Of a DNA stretch of 64,000 bases, positions 49,858 through 61,087 are shown one piece after another. The DNA is from an uncultured Arcobacter sp. (GTDB taxonomy: Bacteria > Campylobacterota > Campylobacteria > Campylobacterales > Arcobacteraceae). The notes under the pieces are model-generated. The model did no database searches and was not told the DNA's origin. It saw only the letters and a list, made by a program, of their open reading frames with translations. The position numbers and the translations under genes were made by a program. The number at the start of each line of letters is the position of its first letter. Position 1 is the stretch's first letter. The stretch is from the NCBI GenBank assembly GCA_965140705.1, contig OZ223301.1:32001-96000 (forward strand), read 5' to 3'.

Positions 49858-51978
49858 TTATGTAACTATAATTCTTGTAATATTGTAAGTTATAAATGAT
49901 AAAACCCAAGCTGTTCCTGTAGTAAAAATAAAAAGATAAACTAAGTATCTCCAACCTCCAGCTTCTCTAGCAAAAACCATTGATGCCGCTAAACAAGGTA
50001 TATAAATCATTACAAACATAATAAATGAAAGTGCAGATGTTATAGGGATATTATTTTGAATTTTAGTAACTAGTGTTTCACTCTCTTCTGTTAATTGATC
50101 ACCTAAACCATATAAAATACCTAAAGTTGAAACAACTATCTCTTTTGCAGCAAGTCCTGTTTCAAGTGCAACTGTCATTCTCCAATCAAATCCTAATGGT
50201 TCAAATAGAGGTTGAGAAAATTTACCTATAATTCCTAAATATGAGTTTTCTAAATTATATTCTACAAGTTTATTTTCTAATTCTTGTTTTTTTGCTTCAT
50301 TTGTAGTTTGCTCAATTTTTGTATTTATTTCTTGTGTATATTCATGATTTTTAGGATAATTTGAAGCAAACCAAATTAGAATTGAAGCAGCTAAAATAAA
50401 AGTTCCTGCTTTTTTTAGGTACATCAATGCTTGATTTGATACTGTATGCCAAATAAGTTTAAATGTTGGTAGTCTATATTTAGGCATTTCCATTACAAAG
50501 GGTTCATCTTCACTTTTGAAAACCGTTATTTTAAGTATTTTGGCAGCTATTAGTCCAAGAATTGCACCAGTAATGTATATCAAAAATAAAATATTTCCAG
50601 CACTATCTCCTGAAAAGAATGCTCCTGTAAAAAGCACATAAATTGGAAGTCTAGCTCCACAAGACATAAAACCAATAATAAATAAAGTTAATAATCTATC
50701 CCTATCATTTTTTAGTGTTCTTGCTGCCATATATGCTGGAACCGAACAACCAAATCCAGAAACTAAAGGAATAAATGATTTTCCGTGAAGCCCAAATTTG
50801 TGAAAAAATCCATCAAGTAAAAAAGCGACTCTACTCATATAACCAGTAGTTTCAAGTAATGCAATACCAAAAAATAAAATTACTATATTTGGAACAAATA
50901 AGATTACCGCTCCAACTCCAGCTATTGCTCCATCTGCTACTAATGAAGAGAGTTCATTATCTCCTAAAATATTTTTTGTTCCATCCACTAAAGACGCAAA
51001 AAATGAATCAATCATATCCATTGGAATATTTCCAACCACAAAGGTAAGTTGAAAAAGTCCCCACATAAAAAATAAAAAGATAGGAATACCTAAAACTTTA
51101 TTTAATAAAATGTTATCAATTTTTGAACTTAAATCTTGCCCATGGATTTTTTTAGTACTTACAACTTCTTGTGCTGCACCCCTTGCAAAAGAGTTCTTTT
51201 CATCTGCAAAAATTTCATCTAAGTCTTTTGTATTGTAGTGTAAATATATGTGTTCTAGTGCTTCTTTTAGTACAGGTTGTAATTCTGTCCAAATAGGTTC
51301 ATCATGAAATTTTAAATATGTTTTTTTATCTTCTTGCAAAAGTTTAATTGCAATTTCTCTGTAGTGAACATCACTTGCATATTTTTTTTCAATTAAAAGT
51401 GTTTTTATGTTTGAAATTTCTTCTTCCATTACATTTGAAAAAATTAGTTTTGATTCAATTTTAGAAGAATTATATTTTTGAATCATAGCACTTATAAGAG
51501 TATCAATACCTATTTTGTTCTTGGCAGATGTTTTTACACAAGGCTTCCCCATGATTTTTGCCAATTGATTTTCATTTATTGATATACCTTCTTTATCTGC
51601 TTCATCAATCATATTTAAAGCAATGACCATTTTTTTATCTAAGGCTAATAATTCAGTTGTTAAATATAGGTTTCTTTCTAAATTTGTAGAATCTAAAACA
51701 TTTAGTATAATATCATAGTCAGCTTTTTCAAGATAATTTTTTGTAACTTTTTCTTCAATTGTATAGTCATTTAATGAGTATGAACCTGGTAAGTCTGTAA
51801 TTTGAAAAAGATAATCATCATATTGAAACTCTATTTGTTTTTTCTCTACTGTTACCCCTGAAAAGTTTCCAACCCTTAATTTAGAGTTAGAAATAGAATT
51901 GATAAGCATAGATTTCCCGACATTTGGTTGTCCCACAAGGGCTATTTTAATTAGTTTTTTTTCATTTATATTTCGCAT
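49858..51978 (-). CDS. feoB: Ferrous iron transporter FeoB
   Basis: GQPNVGKS, VGNFSGVTVE, DLPGSYSL, GFGCSVPA, FMSCGARLP. Confidence 0.98.
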   Translation of the reverse strand: MRNINEKKLIKIALVGQPNVGKSMLINSISNSKLRVGNFSGVTVEKKQIEFQYDDYLFQITDLPGSYSLNDYTIEEKVTKNYLEKADYDIILNVLDSTNLERNLYLTTELLALDKKMVIALNMIDEADKEGISINENQLAKIMGKPCVKTSAKNKIGIDTLISAMIQKYNSSKIESKLIFSNVMEEEISNIKTLLIEKKYASDVHYREIAIKLLQEDKKTYLKFHDEPIWTELQPVLKEALEHIYLHYNTKDLDEIFADEKNSFARGAAQEVVSTKKIHGQDLSSKIDNILLNKVLGIPIFLFFMWGLFQLTFVVGNIPMDMIDSFFASLVDGTKNILGDNELSSLVADGAIAGVGAVILFVPNIVILFFGIALLETTGYMSRVAFLLDGFFHKFGLHGKSFIPLVSGFGCSVPAYMAARTLKNDRDRLLTLFIIGFMSCGARLPIYVLFTGAFFSGDSAGNILFLIYITGAILGLIAAKILKITVFKSEDEPFVMEMPKYRLPTFKLIWHTVSNQALMYLKKAGTFILAASILIWFASNYPKNHEYTQEINTKIEQTTNEAKKQELENKLVEYNLENSYLGIIGKFSQPLFEPLGFDWRMTVALETGLAAKEIVVSTLGILYGLGDQLTEESETLVTKIQNNIPITSALSFIMFVMIYIPCLAASMVFAREAGGWRYLVYLFIFTTGTAWVLSFITYNITRIIVT

Positions 51979-52202
51979 TCTCTTCTCTCTATCTCAATAG
52001 TTTTTGCTTCATTTGTTCTTAATGCAATTTTTGTACTATTGAGCCTGATTTCAATTGTATTTTTTGACATTGTTTGTTCAATTACATATATTCTTGCACC
52101 TTTAGTTATTCCAAAAGAGTTTAATCTTGATTTTAATACTTGTGGTGCTGAAACTTTTATTATCTCTCCACATTCACCTTTTTCTAATTCACTTAAATTC
52201 AT
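51966..52202 (-). CDS. feoA: FeoA
   Basis: 78-aa SH3-like protein (RLNSFGITKG...IALRTNEA) upstream of feoB. Confidence 0.93.
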   Translation of the reverse strand: MNLSELEKGECGEIIKVSAPQVLKSRLNSFGITKGARIYVIEQTMSKNTIEIRLNSTKIALRTNEAKTIEIERRECEI

Positions 52203-52285
52203 TTTCCCTCTTTATATTAAAATTCATACATAAGTTATTTATAAGAATCTAATTGTAGTATACTAAGGTTAAAGAGAAACTTAAC

Positions 52286-52300
52286 TGATTCTAATTATCA
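52286..52300. promoter_or_regulatory. Fur box between divergent feoA and fur
   Basis: TGATTCT-A-ATTATCA versus the 7-1-7 consensus TGATAAT-N-ATTATCA. Confidence 0.65.
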
Positions 52301-52369
52301 GTACGTAATTTTGATTTTTTTTATTTAATTTGCTATACTAATAGCCTTAAATAATAAAGGATATATATA

Positions 52370-52816
52370 ATGAATAGTAATGAAGATTTTGAAGAAATAA
52401 AAGATGAACTTAAAAAAATAGTGAAACAAAGAGGACTTAAATATACTGAGCAAAGAGAGATTGTTCTTGAAGTACTTTTAAATGCAAAGGGACATTTAAC
52501 TGCAGAAGAAATTTATAATGAAGTTAAAAATGCTAATCCTGATTCAAATATAGGAATAGCAACTGTATATAGGTCTTTATCATTTTTGGAAGAGGTTCAT
52601 TTAATAACATCTATTACCTTTGGAACTGATGGAAAAAAATATGAATCAAATGCTAAAAAACATCATGATCACTTGATTTGTGTATCTTGTGGAAAAATAG
52701 TTGAATTTATGGATGAAGAGATAGAAAAAAGACAGATAAAAATAGCAAAAGATAATGGATTTATGATTACAAGTCATGTAATGCAACTTTTTGGTAAATG
52801 TTCTGATTGTCAATAA
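52370..52816 (+). CDS. fur: Ferric uptake regulator
   Basis: GLKYTEQR, HLTAEEIY, IGIATVYRSL, HHDHLICVSCG, C-terminal CSDC. Confidence 0.93.
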   Translation: MNSNEDFEEIKDELKKIVKQRGLKYTEQREIVLEVLLNAKGHLTAEEIYNEVKNANPDSNIGIATVYRSLSFLEEVHLITSITFGTDGKKYESNAKKHHDHLICVSCGKIVEFMDEEIEKRQIKIAKDNGFMITSHVMQLFGKCSDCQ

Positions 52817-52845
52817 TATTTAAGGAAAATTCCTTAAATATTATT
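52812..52845. terminator. Bidirectional terminator candidate between convergent genes
   Basis: AATAATATTTAAGGAA-AA-TTCCTTAAATATTATT, perfect 16-bp inverted repeat. Confidence 0.65.
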
Positions 52846-52901
52846 CCACAGATTGTAAATAAAGGTTATGCTTAATAGCCTCTTTTAATTCTTCAATTTT
52901 T

Positions 52902-53243
52902 TTAATAATTTTCATTTTTTCTTTTATTGCAATTTAAATCGCAATCCCCACAAATATTTGAATCAATCATTTTTTTATATTCATCATAAACACAATTAGA
53001 AGAGTGTTTCGTACAAATATAAGGAATATTTTGTTTTTTTGCTATATTTTTATATTTGTGCATAACATTGTGGTTTAAAAATGATGTAAGCATAATAATA
53101 CAATCTGTATCTTGTGGAATTTTTTTCTTTGGTGCAGATGATTTTTTTCTTGCATCCCAATGCCTAATAGAACTTGCTCCTAAATCTTCTAACGTAGATA
53201 TTATAGTAGATATCTTATCCCCGCCAATAACTAATACACTCAT
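52902..53243 (-). CDS. DUF2325-like small protein
   Basis: MSVLVIGGD...IPQDTDCIIMLTSFLNHN...AKKQNIPYI pattern; Cys-rich tail. Confidence 0.75.
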   Translation of the reverse strand: MSVLVIGGDKISTIISTLEDLGASSIRHWDARKKSSAPKKKIPQDTDCIIMLTSFLNHNVMHKYKNIAKKQNIPYICTKHSSNCVYDEYKKMIDSNICGDCDLNCNKRKNENY

Positions 53244-53290
53244 AATACTTCCTTAGTTTTAATTTATATTTTCAAATAAATAGTTCTTAT

Positions 53291-53358
53291 TGATAATAAT
53301 TATTAAAATAGTATAGGAAGTAAACTTAAAGTATTATTAATATTGATAGTTGTTATCA
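53291..53358. promoter_or_regulatory. Two Fur-box-like sites upstream of the DUF2325-like gene
   Basis: TGATAAT-A-ATTATTA (53291-53305) and TGATAGT-T-GTTATCA (53344-53358). Confidence 0.65.
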
Positions 53359-53368
53359 ATTAATACTT

Positions 53369-53587
53369 TTATTTCTTTTCACTTTCTTCTTTTTCTTCAT
53401 CACAGTTTTGTGTGCAGTAACCAAAAATTAGAGTTCTAATAACAAAAAATAAAATTCCAGCAAGCATAACAATGCCAATAAATTTTTCAGTTGCAATAAT
53501 TCCTAAGTAGTCCAGAAAAACTCCGCATATTATTACAAGTACATAAAATATCAGGACCCTTTTATCTTCTGGTATTAAAAAAAACAT
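53369..53587 (-). CDS. Small hypothetical membrane protein
   Basis: Two TM helices and a CxxxC tail; abuts the upstream ORF. Confidence 0.6.
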   Translation of the reverse strand: MFFLIPEDKRVLIFYVLVIICGVFLDYLGIIATEKFIGIVMLAGILFFVIRTLIFGYCTQNCDEEKEESEKK

Positions 53588-53884
53588 CTATTTTCTCGAA
53601 GGAATATATCTAAAAAATAGATATAAGATTAATAACATAATAATTAAAATACCAACTGATGAAAAACTAAGTATCATCTGTGGATCACCACTTCCCCTCT
53701 GATAATTCTTATTCATAAATAAGAATGTAGTTGATAAAAGCATAAATGATGCAGTAATAACCGCAATAAGGTGAGTAATTACTTTGTGGATTTTTGTTTT
53801 ATAAAAATCATAAACCATTTTCCATGTAAGTACTGCTGATACTAGAGTAAGTATTAATATTATAATTTGATCACTATTTTGCAT
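53588..53884 (-). CDS. Hypothetical three-TM membrane protein
   Basis: Three hydrophobic helices; AAGGA RBS. Confidence 0.65.
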   Translation of the reverse strand: MQNSDQIIILILTLVSAVLTWKMVYDFYKTKIHKVITHLIAVITASFMLLSTTFLFMNKNYQRGSGDPQMILSFSSVGILIIMLLILYLFFRYIPSRK

Positions 53885-54079
53885 AAAATATTTTCCTTTT
53901 TTTGAAATAACTTATATGAGTGTATAAGTGCTTTTATTATAACAAGTTTTTTGTAGAAATTTCTAAAATATGGTGCGCAAAAGATAGAAAGATAGTTTAT
54001 TATTATAAGTAAATTAAATTAAAATTATAATTATATTTACTAAGTTTAAATAAGATAAAATACTTCAAATATAGGAGTA

Positions 54080-55495
54080 ATGATGTTTTTTGGCAATTGT
54101 AAAGAGAAAGATTTAGAAATAATTATGTTAAGAAAAAAAGTTGAGACTTTAGAAGAAGAGGTAAAGCTTGAAAAACTTAAACATGATGAAAATTTAGTTA
54201 AGTTGAAGTCTAAATATAAAGATGAAATGCAAAGAATGAAAGAAGAATTAGAGATATTTAAAAATATTTCTAAGAGTTCTTTTGAGGAGGGGTTAATTGC
54301 ATTTGATAAGAATAAGAATGAAATTTTCAAAAATGAAAGAGCAAGTTCACATGTAACAGATAGTAGTGTAATTTTAAATGCAATTAAAGAAAATAAATCT
54401 ACAGTTATTCTTGGAGATTGTGAAGCTAAAATCACTTTACAAAGCTTTGACAATGTGGATGTTGTTATACTTACAAAAGTATCAATAAAAGATGCTGAAA
54501 ATAGTTCAATATTAAAATATAATGGAGAAAACATTAGTAATGCTTTAACTTCAACTCAAGAGGTGTATGTAAGTTTATTGGATGATTTAGATTCAATGAT
54601 GACTGAATCTAAGGATACTGCAAAAGGTTCCCTTTCAGGACTTAACTTAACTGAAAGCATTGTAAAGGATACAGGATTTATTCAAGAGCATATTCAATCA
54701 GAAAATATTATGGTACACAATCTTGTAGAAAATAGTAAAAATATCTCTTCAGTTATAACTATGATAGAAGCAATAGCATTTCAAACAAATATTTTGTCAC
54801 TTAATGCAGCGGTAGAAGCCGCAACTGCTGGAGAAGCTGGAAAAGGTTTTGCAGTAGTTGCACAAGAAGTTAGAAACTTAGCAACTAGAAGTGCTGAGGC
54901 AGCAAAAGAGATAAAAAAAGTAGTTGATTTAATACAAAATGAAAGTTTAAATATAAAAAATAGTTCTGATGAGATTGCAAAATCAGTTGATGAAACTAAA
55001 ACAAGAGTTGATGAACTTATTAAATTAATGAATAGTTTTGAAAAAAATTCTAGTAGATCAGTTTTTGAAGTAGAAAGTATAAGTAACAAAATCTTTATTA
55101 ATCTTGCAAAATTAGATCATATAATTTATAAAAATAATCTGTATAAACTACTTTTTGGAGAACCTAATAATTTTAATGGTGTTGACCATCATAATTGTAG
55201 ACTTGGTAAATGGTACGAGACTGGGCTTGGAAAAACTGAATTTAGTTTTGTGCATTCATATAAACAACTTGAGCCTTATCATAGAGCAGTACATGATAAT
55301 GCGAATGCGTTGGCAACTGAATGTTCAAGTAAAGATGAAATTTGTACAACAGAAATTATTGAAAATAGAGTTCACAAAATAGAAAAAGCAAGTGAAGGTG
55401 TTTTTGACTTATTAGACAGAATTTTGGATGAGAAAAATCATCATTTGATGAATGAAGCTGCAAAAGAATTATTTGAAAAAAAGATTAAAGGCTGA
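54080..55495 (+). CDS. Soluble chemoreceptor with C-terminal CZB zinc-binding domain
   Basis: [37 protein letters not shown] signalling hairpin; DH...[10 protein letters not shown]...H..VH CZB motif; no TM. Confidence 0.92.
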   Translation: MMFFGNCKEKDLEIIMLRKKVETLEEEVKLEKLKHDENLVKLKSKYKDEMQRMKEELEIFKNISKSSFEEGLIAFDKNKNEIFKNERASSHVTDSSVILNAIKENKSTVILGDCEAKITLQSFDNVDVVILTKVSIKDAENSSILKYNGENISNALTSTQEVYVSLLDDLDSMMTESKDTAKGSLSGLNLTESIVKDTGFIQEHIQSENIMVHNLVENSKNISSVITMIEAIAFQTNILSLNAAVEAATAGEAGKGFAVVAQEVRNLATRSAEAAKEIKKVVDLIQNESLNIKNSSDEIAKSVDETKTRVDELIKLMNSFEKNSSRSVFEVESISNKIFINLAKLDHIIYKNNLYKLLFGEPNNFNGVDHHNCRLGKWYETGLGKTEFSFVHSYKQLEPYHRAVHDNANALATECSSKDEICTTEIIENRVHKIEKASEGVFDLLDRILDEKNHHLMNEAAKELFEKKIKG

Positions 55496-55498
55496 AAA

Positions 55499-55873
55499 AT
55501 GAGTGATAAAATATATAATATTGCTATTGTTGATGACACTAAAGAGATAATTGAAATGTTATCTAAATCACTTTCAAGAAGTGATAAATATAAAGTTTCC
55601 ACTTATACAAATCCACTTACTGCTATTGATAATATTAATTCAAAGATTGATGTTGTATTTTTAGATATAGTTATGCCACAAATGGATGGACTTGAAGTTT
55701 TAGAAAAAATAGTTGAAAAAAATCCAGATATAAAAGTTATCATGATGACAGCAAGTTCTACTTTAGATAGAGTTTTAAAAGCACATAAATATGGGGCAAC
55801 ACACTATATAATGAAACCATTTGATTCTATGGATGCTATTTTGAAAAAACTTGAATTAGTAATTAACTTGTAG
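55499..55873 (+). CDS. Single-domain response regulator
   Basis: IVDD, FLDIVMPQMDG, MMTA, YIMKPF. Confidence 0.92.
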   Translation: MSDKIYNIAIVDDTKEIIEMLSKSLSRSDKYKVSTYTNPLTAIDNINSKIDVVFLDIVMPQMDGLEVLEKIVEKNPDIKVIMMTASSTLDRVLKAHKYGATHYIMKPFDSMDAILKKLELVINL

Positions 55874-57595
55874 ATGAAAAAAAACTTTTTTACTTTTTTT
55901 ATATTCATTTTTTTAGAAGTTATTATATACACAAGTTTAATTTATAATGAAAATTTACATATTAACAAGGTACTAGATAATAATTTACATAATAGTCATG
56001 GAGAACTTAAAGTTTTAAGGGAGTATTTTTTTGAAGAATCTGATGAAAAGATTTATAGTAAATTTAGTCATATTGTTTTATTAAAATCAACCTTAGATAT
56101 TAAAACATACCAAGATTATGAAAAGAAAATAGAAAAGTTATCTACTCTTTTTACTGATGTAAGAGAGTTAAATTATTTAAAAAATAAAAAAGTTTTTGAG
56201 GTAATAAAAAATAAAGAAGAAAAAGTATTACTCTTTGAAAAAGGTAAAACAAGTATTTGCATATCTTTCATTCCTTATTATTTTGACTCTAAAAATGTTT
56301 TAAATTACTTTATAAGATTTAATAATCAATCTCAAATCTATGATATGAAGTTTAGAACAAATATACTATTTTTAGTTTTTTCTATACTAATTGCTATATT
56401 AGTGGGATATACATATTTTATATATAACATCAAAACAAAACTTTCAATTAAAAATGAAGAAAATGAAGAATTGCTTAACGTAATTGATAAGTACATATTA
56501 ATGACTGAAACTGATAAAGAAGGCTTTATTACTAAGGTATCAACTGCTTTTTGTGAAGTGACTGGTTTTTCAAAACGAGAATTAATAGGTAGACCTCATA
56601 ATATCATCAGACATCCTGATGTAAAAAGAGATGTATTTAAACAGATGTGGGATGAGATAAAATCTGGAAAAATTTGGAAAGGTGAGATAAAAAATATAGA
56701 CAAAAATGGCAATATTTATTGGGTAGAGGGAACAATTGTTCCTAAATATGATAAAGACAAAAATATAATTGGTTACCTCTCATTAAGAAAGGATATAACT
56801 GATAAAAAAAGACTTGATGAATTAAATGGCAACTTAAAATATCAAATAGAAGAAAAAATCAATGAAATGGAAATTTTAGATTCAAACTTAATACAACAAT
56901 CTAAAAAAGCATTGGTAGGTGATTTGCTTGATATTATTGCTCACCAATGGAAACAGCCTTTATCTATAATGTCTTTATACGCAATTGATTTAAGTGAAAG
57001 TGTAAAATATGGTGAAATGAATCAAGAATATGCAAATGAATTAAGTGAAAAGTTCCAAAGGCAAATAGCACATTTATCTTCTACTTTAACTAGTTTTAGA
57101 ACATTCTTTAGTCCAAGTGATATATATGATAAATTTACTCTTTATGAAAATGTAGAAAATGTTTTACTACTTTTAGAAGATGAATTAAAAATCAATAAAA
57201 TAGATATAAAAATAGAAGGAGATAAAAATATAAAAATATATGGAATCTCAAATGAGTTTCAGCATATTTTTTTAAATTTTATTAGTAATTCTAGGGATGC
57301 CTTTATAGAAAAAGGGATTAAAAATCGACAAATTATAATCTCCTTTTTTGAAAAAAATGGTCAAGTACAAATTGACTATATAGATAATGCAGGTGGAATA
57401 AAAGAGAATATTCTTCATAAAATTTTTGATTTGAATTTTACCACTAAACCAATAGGATTAGGGACAGGTGTAGGTATGTATGCAACAAAACTAATTATTG
57501 ATAAATTAAGTGGAAAAATTAGTGTAAATAACTATAAAGATGGAGTTAATTTTAGAATTTTACTTCCCAATAAAGATAGAAAAGAAAATGATTGA
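55874..57595 (+). CDS. Membrane PAS-domain sensor histidine kinase
   Basis: Two TMs, PAS (ELIGRPHNIIRHPD), H-box IAHQWKQPL, DNAGGI, FTTK, GTGVGMY. Confidence 0.93.
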   Translation: MKKNFFTFFIFIFLEVIIYTSLIYNENLHINKVLDNNLHNSHGELKVLREYFFEESDEKIYSKFSHIVLLKSTLDIKTYQDYEKKIEKLSTLFTDVRELNYLKNKKVFEVIKNKEEKVLLFEKGKTSICISFIPYYFDSKNVLNYFIRFNNQSQIYDMKFRTNILFLVFSILIAILVGYTYFIYNIKTKLSIKNEENEELLNVIDKYILMTETDKEGFITKVSTAFCEVTGFSKRELIGRPHNIIRHPDVKRDVFKQMWDEIKSGKIWKGEIKNIDKNGNIYWVEGTIVPKYDKDKNIIGYLSLRKDITDKKRLDELNGNLKYQIEEKINEMEILDSNLIQQSKKALVGDLLDIIAHQWKQPLSIMSLYAIDLSESVKYGEMNQEYANELSEKFQRQIAHLSSTLTSFRTFFSPSDIYDKFTLYENVENVLLLLEDELKINKIDIKIEGDKNIKIYGISNEFQHIFLNFISNSRDAFIEKGIKNRQIIISFFEKNGQVQIDYIDNAGGIKENILHKIFDLNFTTKPIGLGTGVGMYATKLIIDKLSGKISVNNYKDGVNFRILLPNKDRKEND

Positions 57596-57717
57596 TAGAT
57601 ATTTGAGTAATATTCAAATATATATGATATAATCACAAAAAATATATTACTCTTCGTTTCTAGTAATCCTTACGAAAAACCAATCAGCAAAACAACATAT
57701 ATTTACAAAAGGCATTT

Positions 57718-59091
57718 ATGACATTTAAAGAACTTGGTTTAATTGAACCATTATTAAAAGCAATTAAGGATAAAGGTTATATAAAACCAAGTCCTATTCA
57801 AGAACAGGCTATTCCTATTATTTTAGAAAAACATGACGTTTTAGCAGGTGCTCAAACTGGTACAGGAAAGACTGCTGGATTTACACTTCCATTATTACAA
57901 ATATTAAGTAAAAAAGAATCAAAAAATACTAAGCCAGAAATTAGAGCTTTAATTTTAACACCTACACGAGAATTAGCAGCACAAGTTGCTCAAAGTGTTG
58001 ATGATTATGGAAAATATCTTCCAATGAAAACAGCAGTTATCTTTGGTGGAGTTGGAATAAATCCACAAAAAGCACTTATAAGAAAGGGAGTTGATATAGT
58101 TATAGCAACTCCTGGAAGATTATTAGATCATATTGAACAAAAAACAATAGATATCTCACATGTAGAACACTTCATCCTTGATGAAGCAGATAGAATGCTA
58201 GATATGGGGTTTATAAGAGATATAAGAAAAGTACTTGCACTTTTACCTTCTCATAGACAAAATCTTCTATTTTCTGCAACATTTTCCGATGAGATTAAAA
58301 AATTATCTGATGGAATTCTAAATAAACCAAAACTAATAGAAGTAGCTAGAAGAAATACTTCATCTGAAATGGTATCTCAAGTTATTCATTTAGTAGACAA
58401 AGATAGAAAAAAATCACTTTTATCAAAACTTATTAAAGATGGTAAGTGGAAACAAGTACTTGTATTTACAAGAACAAAACATGGTGCAAACAAACTTAGT
58501 CAACAATTAGAAATTGATGGAATAAGTGCTACTGCAATTCATGGAAATAAATCCCAAGGTGCTAGAACAAAAGCTTTGGCTGATTTTAAAGCAAGTTCTG
58601 TAAGAGTACTTGTGGCAACTGATATTGCAGCAAGGGGAATAGATATTGATCAACTTCCACATGTGGTTAATTTTGAATTACCAAATGTAGCAGAAGATTA
58701 TGTTCATAGAATCGGAAGAACAGGAAGAGCTGGAAATGAAGGTCAAGCTGTATCTTTAGTATGTGTTGATGAACTTGATTATTTAAAAGGAATCGAAAAA
58801 CTTATTAAGACTTCAATAAAAAAGGTTCTAATAGAAGGTTTTGAAGTTGATCCTAGTATAAAAGCAGAACCTATAAATAATGGTAGAAATAAAGGACGAA
58901 ATAGCTCAAGTTCACGAAAAACATCTAAAAAAGAGTTCTCAAGTGAAACTAATAGAAGAAGAGATAAAAAGCCTTTTAGAAAAAGTGATGAGTCAAAAAG
59001 AAGTGAAAAATCATCTTCTTCAAAATCTACTCAATTAAGAACAGATAATAGAACAAATAGACAAAGAAGACAAAGAGTTCAAAAAGATTAA
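57718..59091 (+). CDS. rhlE: DEAD-box RNA helicase (RhlE-like)
   Basis: [31 protein letters not shown]; basic C-terminal tail; TGATATAAT promoter at 57625. Confidence 0.85.
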   Translation: MTFKELGLIEPLLKAIKDKGYIKPSPIQEQAIPIILEKHDVLAGAQTGTGKTAGFTLPLLQILSKKESKNTKPEIRALILTPTRELAAQVAQSVDDYGKYLPMKTAVIFGGVGINPQKALIRKGVDIVIATPGRLLDHIEQKTIDISHVEHFILDEADRMLDMGFIRDIRKVLALLPSHRQNLLFSATFSDEIKKLSDGILNKPKLIEVARRNTSSEMVSQVIHLVDKDRKKSLLSKLIKDGKWKQVLVFTRTKHGANKLSQQLEIDGISATAIHGNKSQGARTKALADFKASSVRVLVATDIAARGIDIDQLPHVVNFELPNVAEDYVHRIGRTGRAGNEGQAVSLVCVDELDYLKGIEKLIKTSIKKVLIEGFEVDPSIKAEPINNGRNKGRNSSSSRKTSKKEFSSETNRRRDKKPFRKSDESKRSEKSSSSKSTQLRTDNRTNRQRRQRVQKD

Positions 59092-59156
59092 TTACTTTTT
59101 TTATATAAATAAAAAATAATAATAAAAAAGCTACTATAGTACAATTATTAAAAGGG

Positions 59157-61076
59157 TTGCTAATGAAAAAGGCACTATTTGTACTTATGCTTTTACCAAT
59201 TTTTTTATTTGCTAATGAATATAAAAAAGTAACTCTTCAATTAAATTGGCTAAATCAGTTTCAATTTGCAGGTTATTATGTTGCAAAAGAAAAAGGCTTT
59301 TATAAAGATGTTGGTCTAGATGTTGATATAAAAGAGTACACCTTTAATACTGATTTATTAAATTCAATAAAAACTGGAAAATCTGATTTTGCAATAGGAC
59401 GATCTTCTTTATTAATTGATCGAGCAAAAGGTGAAGATATAGTTGCCTTAGGGGCTATATTTCAAGAATCACCTATGATGCTTTTGGTAAGAAAAGATTC
59501 TCATATAATTAGTGTTCGTGATTTAAAAGGTAAAAATATCATGATTACACCAGATGCTGCTTTTTCAGCATCCCTTCTAGCAATGCTAAGTGCCAATGGA
59601 ATAAGCAGAAAAGATTTTACAACTCAAAATCACTCTTTTAATTTGGATGATTTGATTTCAGGTAATACAGATGCTATGGCATCATACTTATCAAATGAAC
59701 CAATAACTTTAGATGAAAAAGGGATTAAGTACAAAGTTTTTAAACCAAAAGATTATGGCTTTGAATTCTATAGTGATATTCTTTTTACTTCTGGTAAGTT
59801 TATAAAAAATAATCCAAAACTTACAAAAGATTTTTATGAAGCTAGTTTAAAGGGATGGGAATATGCCTTTGAACATAAAGCTGAGGCTGCAGAAATAATA
59901 TATAAAAAATATAATTCACAAAATAAATCATATATTCATCTTATCAAAGAAGGTGAAATCTTATCAAAATTGGCTTATATAGATAATACAGAAATAGGTG
60001 CTTTAAGTAAGAAAAAATTGCAAAATATTTTTAATGTATTTAAATTGTTTGGTTTAGTAAAATATGATATAAAAATGAATGATTTTATATATGATGGAAA
60101 CTCTCATAAAACAATGAGTTTTGAAATTTCTCCTATGGAACAAAAGTTTATTTTTATAATTTTGTTTTTGTTTATAACAGTATTTTTAGTTGTAATTTTT
60201 GTATTAAAGAAAAATAAATATTTAAAAGAACAACTACAAACAGTAATAGATGCTACTGATGATTTTATACTATATAAAGATAGTAAGTTTAGATACCTAG
60301 GTTGTAACAAAAGTTTTGAAAAATTTGTGGGTAAAAAGAAATCTGAAATAATAGGAAAAGATGATTTTGAACTTTTTTCAAAAGAGCATGCTCAACTATT
60401 TAGAAAAAGGGATATGGAAGCTCTTAAATTAAACTCAATACATACAAATCATGAACACGTAAAGTATGAAAATCAAAATATAATTATGCAATCAAAAGTA
60501 ATACCTTTTAAATATATGAAAAGTAAAGAAGAAGGTATTTTAGTAGTATGTAGAGATATAACAGAACTTCATGATATACATGAAAAGCTAAAAAAAGAAG
60601 CCTATCACGATGAGCTGACAAATATCTTTAATCGAAAAGCATTTAATGAAAGAATTGAAGAAAAATTTGACTTATATTATAGATATAAAAATGAATTTTG
60701 TATTGCTATGTATGATATAGATGACTTTAAATGTATAAATGATACATATGGACATGATGTTGGTGATAAAGTATTGATTGATATGACAAATTATATAAAA
60801 AAACATATAAGAAAAACAGATTTAATTTTTAGAGTAGGTGGAGAAGAATTTATAGTGCTTCTTCCTAAAACACCAATTTTGGAAGCATTTGATGTAATTG
60901 AAAAAATTAGAATTGGAGTATCTAAGTTGAATCTAATTAAAGATAAAAAAGTGACAATAAGTATAGGTATCACACAAGTAAAAGAAAATGATAATCCAAC
61001 TTCTATTTATGAAAGAATTGATAAGTTAATGTATGTATCAAAACATGAAGGGAAAAACAGAACATCAAGGGATTGA
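59157..61076 (+). CDS. Diguanylate cyclase with periplasmic NMT1/THI5-like sensor and PAS domain
   Basis: LQLNWLNQFQFAGYYVAKEKGFY, a TM helix, PAS (YLGCNKSFE), GHDVGD and RVGGEEF. Confidence 0.9.
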   Translation: MLMKKALFVLMLLPIFLFANEYKKVTLQLNWLNQFQFAGYYVAKEKGFYKDVGLDVDIKEYTFNTDLLNSIKTGKSDFAIGRSSLLIDRAKGEDIVALGAIFQESPMMLLVRKDSHIISVRDLKGKNIMITPDAAFSASLLAMLSANGISRKDFTTQNHSFNLDDLISGNTDAMASYLSNEPITLDEKGIKYKVFKPKDYGFEFYSDILFTSGKFIKNNPKLTKDFYEASLKGWEYAFEHKAEAAEIIYKKYNSQNKSYIHLIKEGEILSKLAYIDNTEIGALSKKKLQNIFNVFKLFGLVKYDIKMNDFIYDGNSHKTMSFEISPMEQKFIFIILFLFITVFLVVIFVLKKNKYLKEQLQTVIDATDDFILYKDSKFRYLGCNKSFEKFVGKKKSEIIGKDDFELFSKEHAQLFRKRDMEALKLNSIHTNHEHVKYENQNIIMQSKVIPFKYMKSKEEGILVVCRDITELHDIHEKLKKEAYHDELTNIFNRKAFNERIEEKFDLYYRYKNEFCIAMYDIDDFKCINDTYGHDVGDKVLIDMTNYIKKHIRKTDLIFRVGGEEFIVLLPKTPILEAFDVIEKIRIGVSKLNLIKDKKVTISIGITQVKENDNPTSIYERIDKLMYVSKHEGKNRTSRD

Positions 61077-61087
61077 TTTGATGTTTT

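Noticed and set aside
53969..53985. TGGTGCGCAAAA as a sigma54 promoter
   Set aside because: Lacks the GG-N10-GC spacing on either strand.
57645..57700. Riboswitch in the DEAD-box helicase leader
   Set aside because: Only a weak TTCGT/ACGAA stem is visible and no known aptamer consensus is recognisable by eye.
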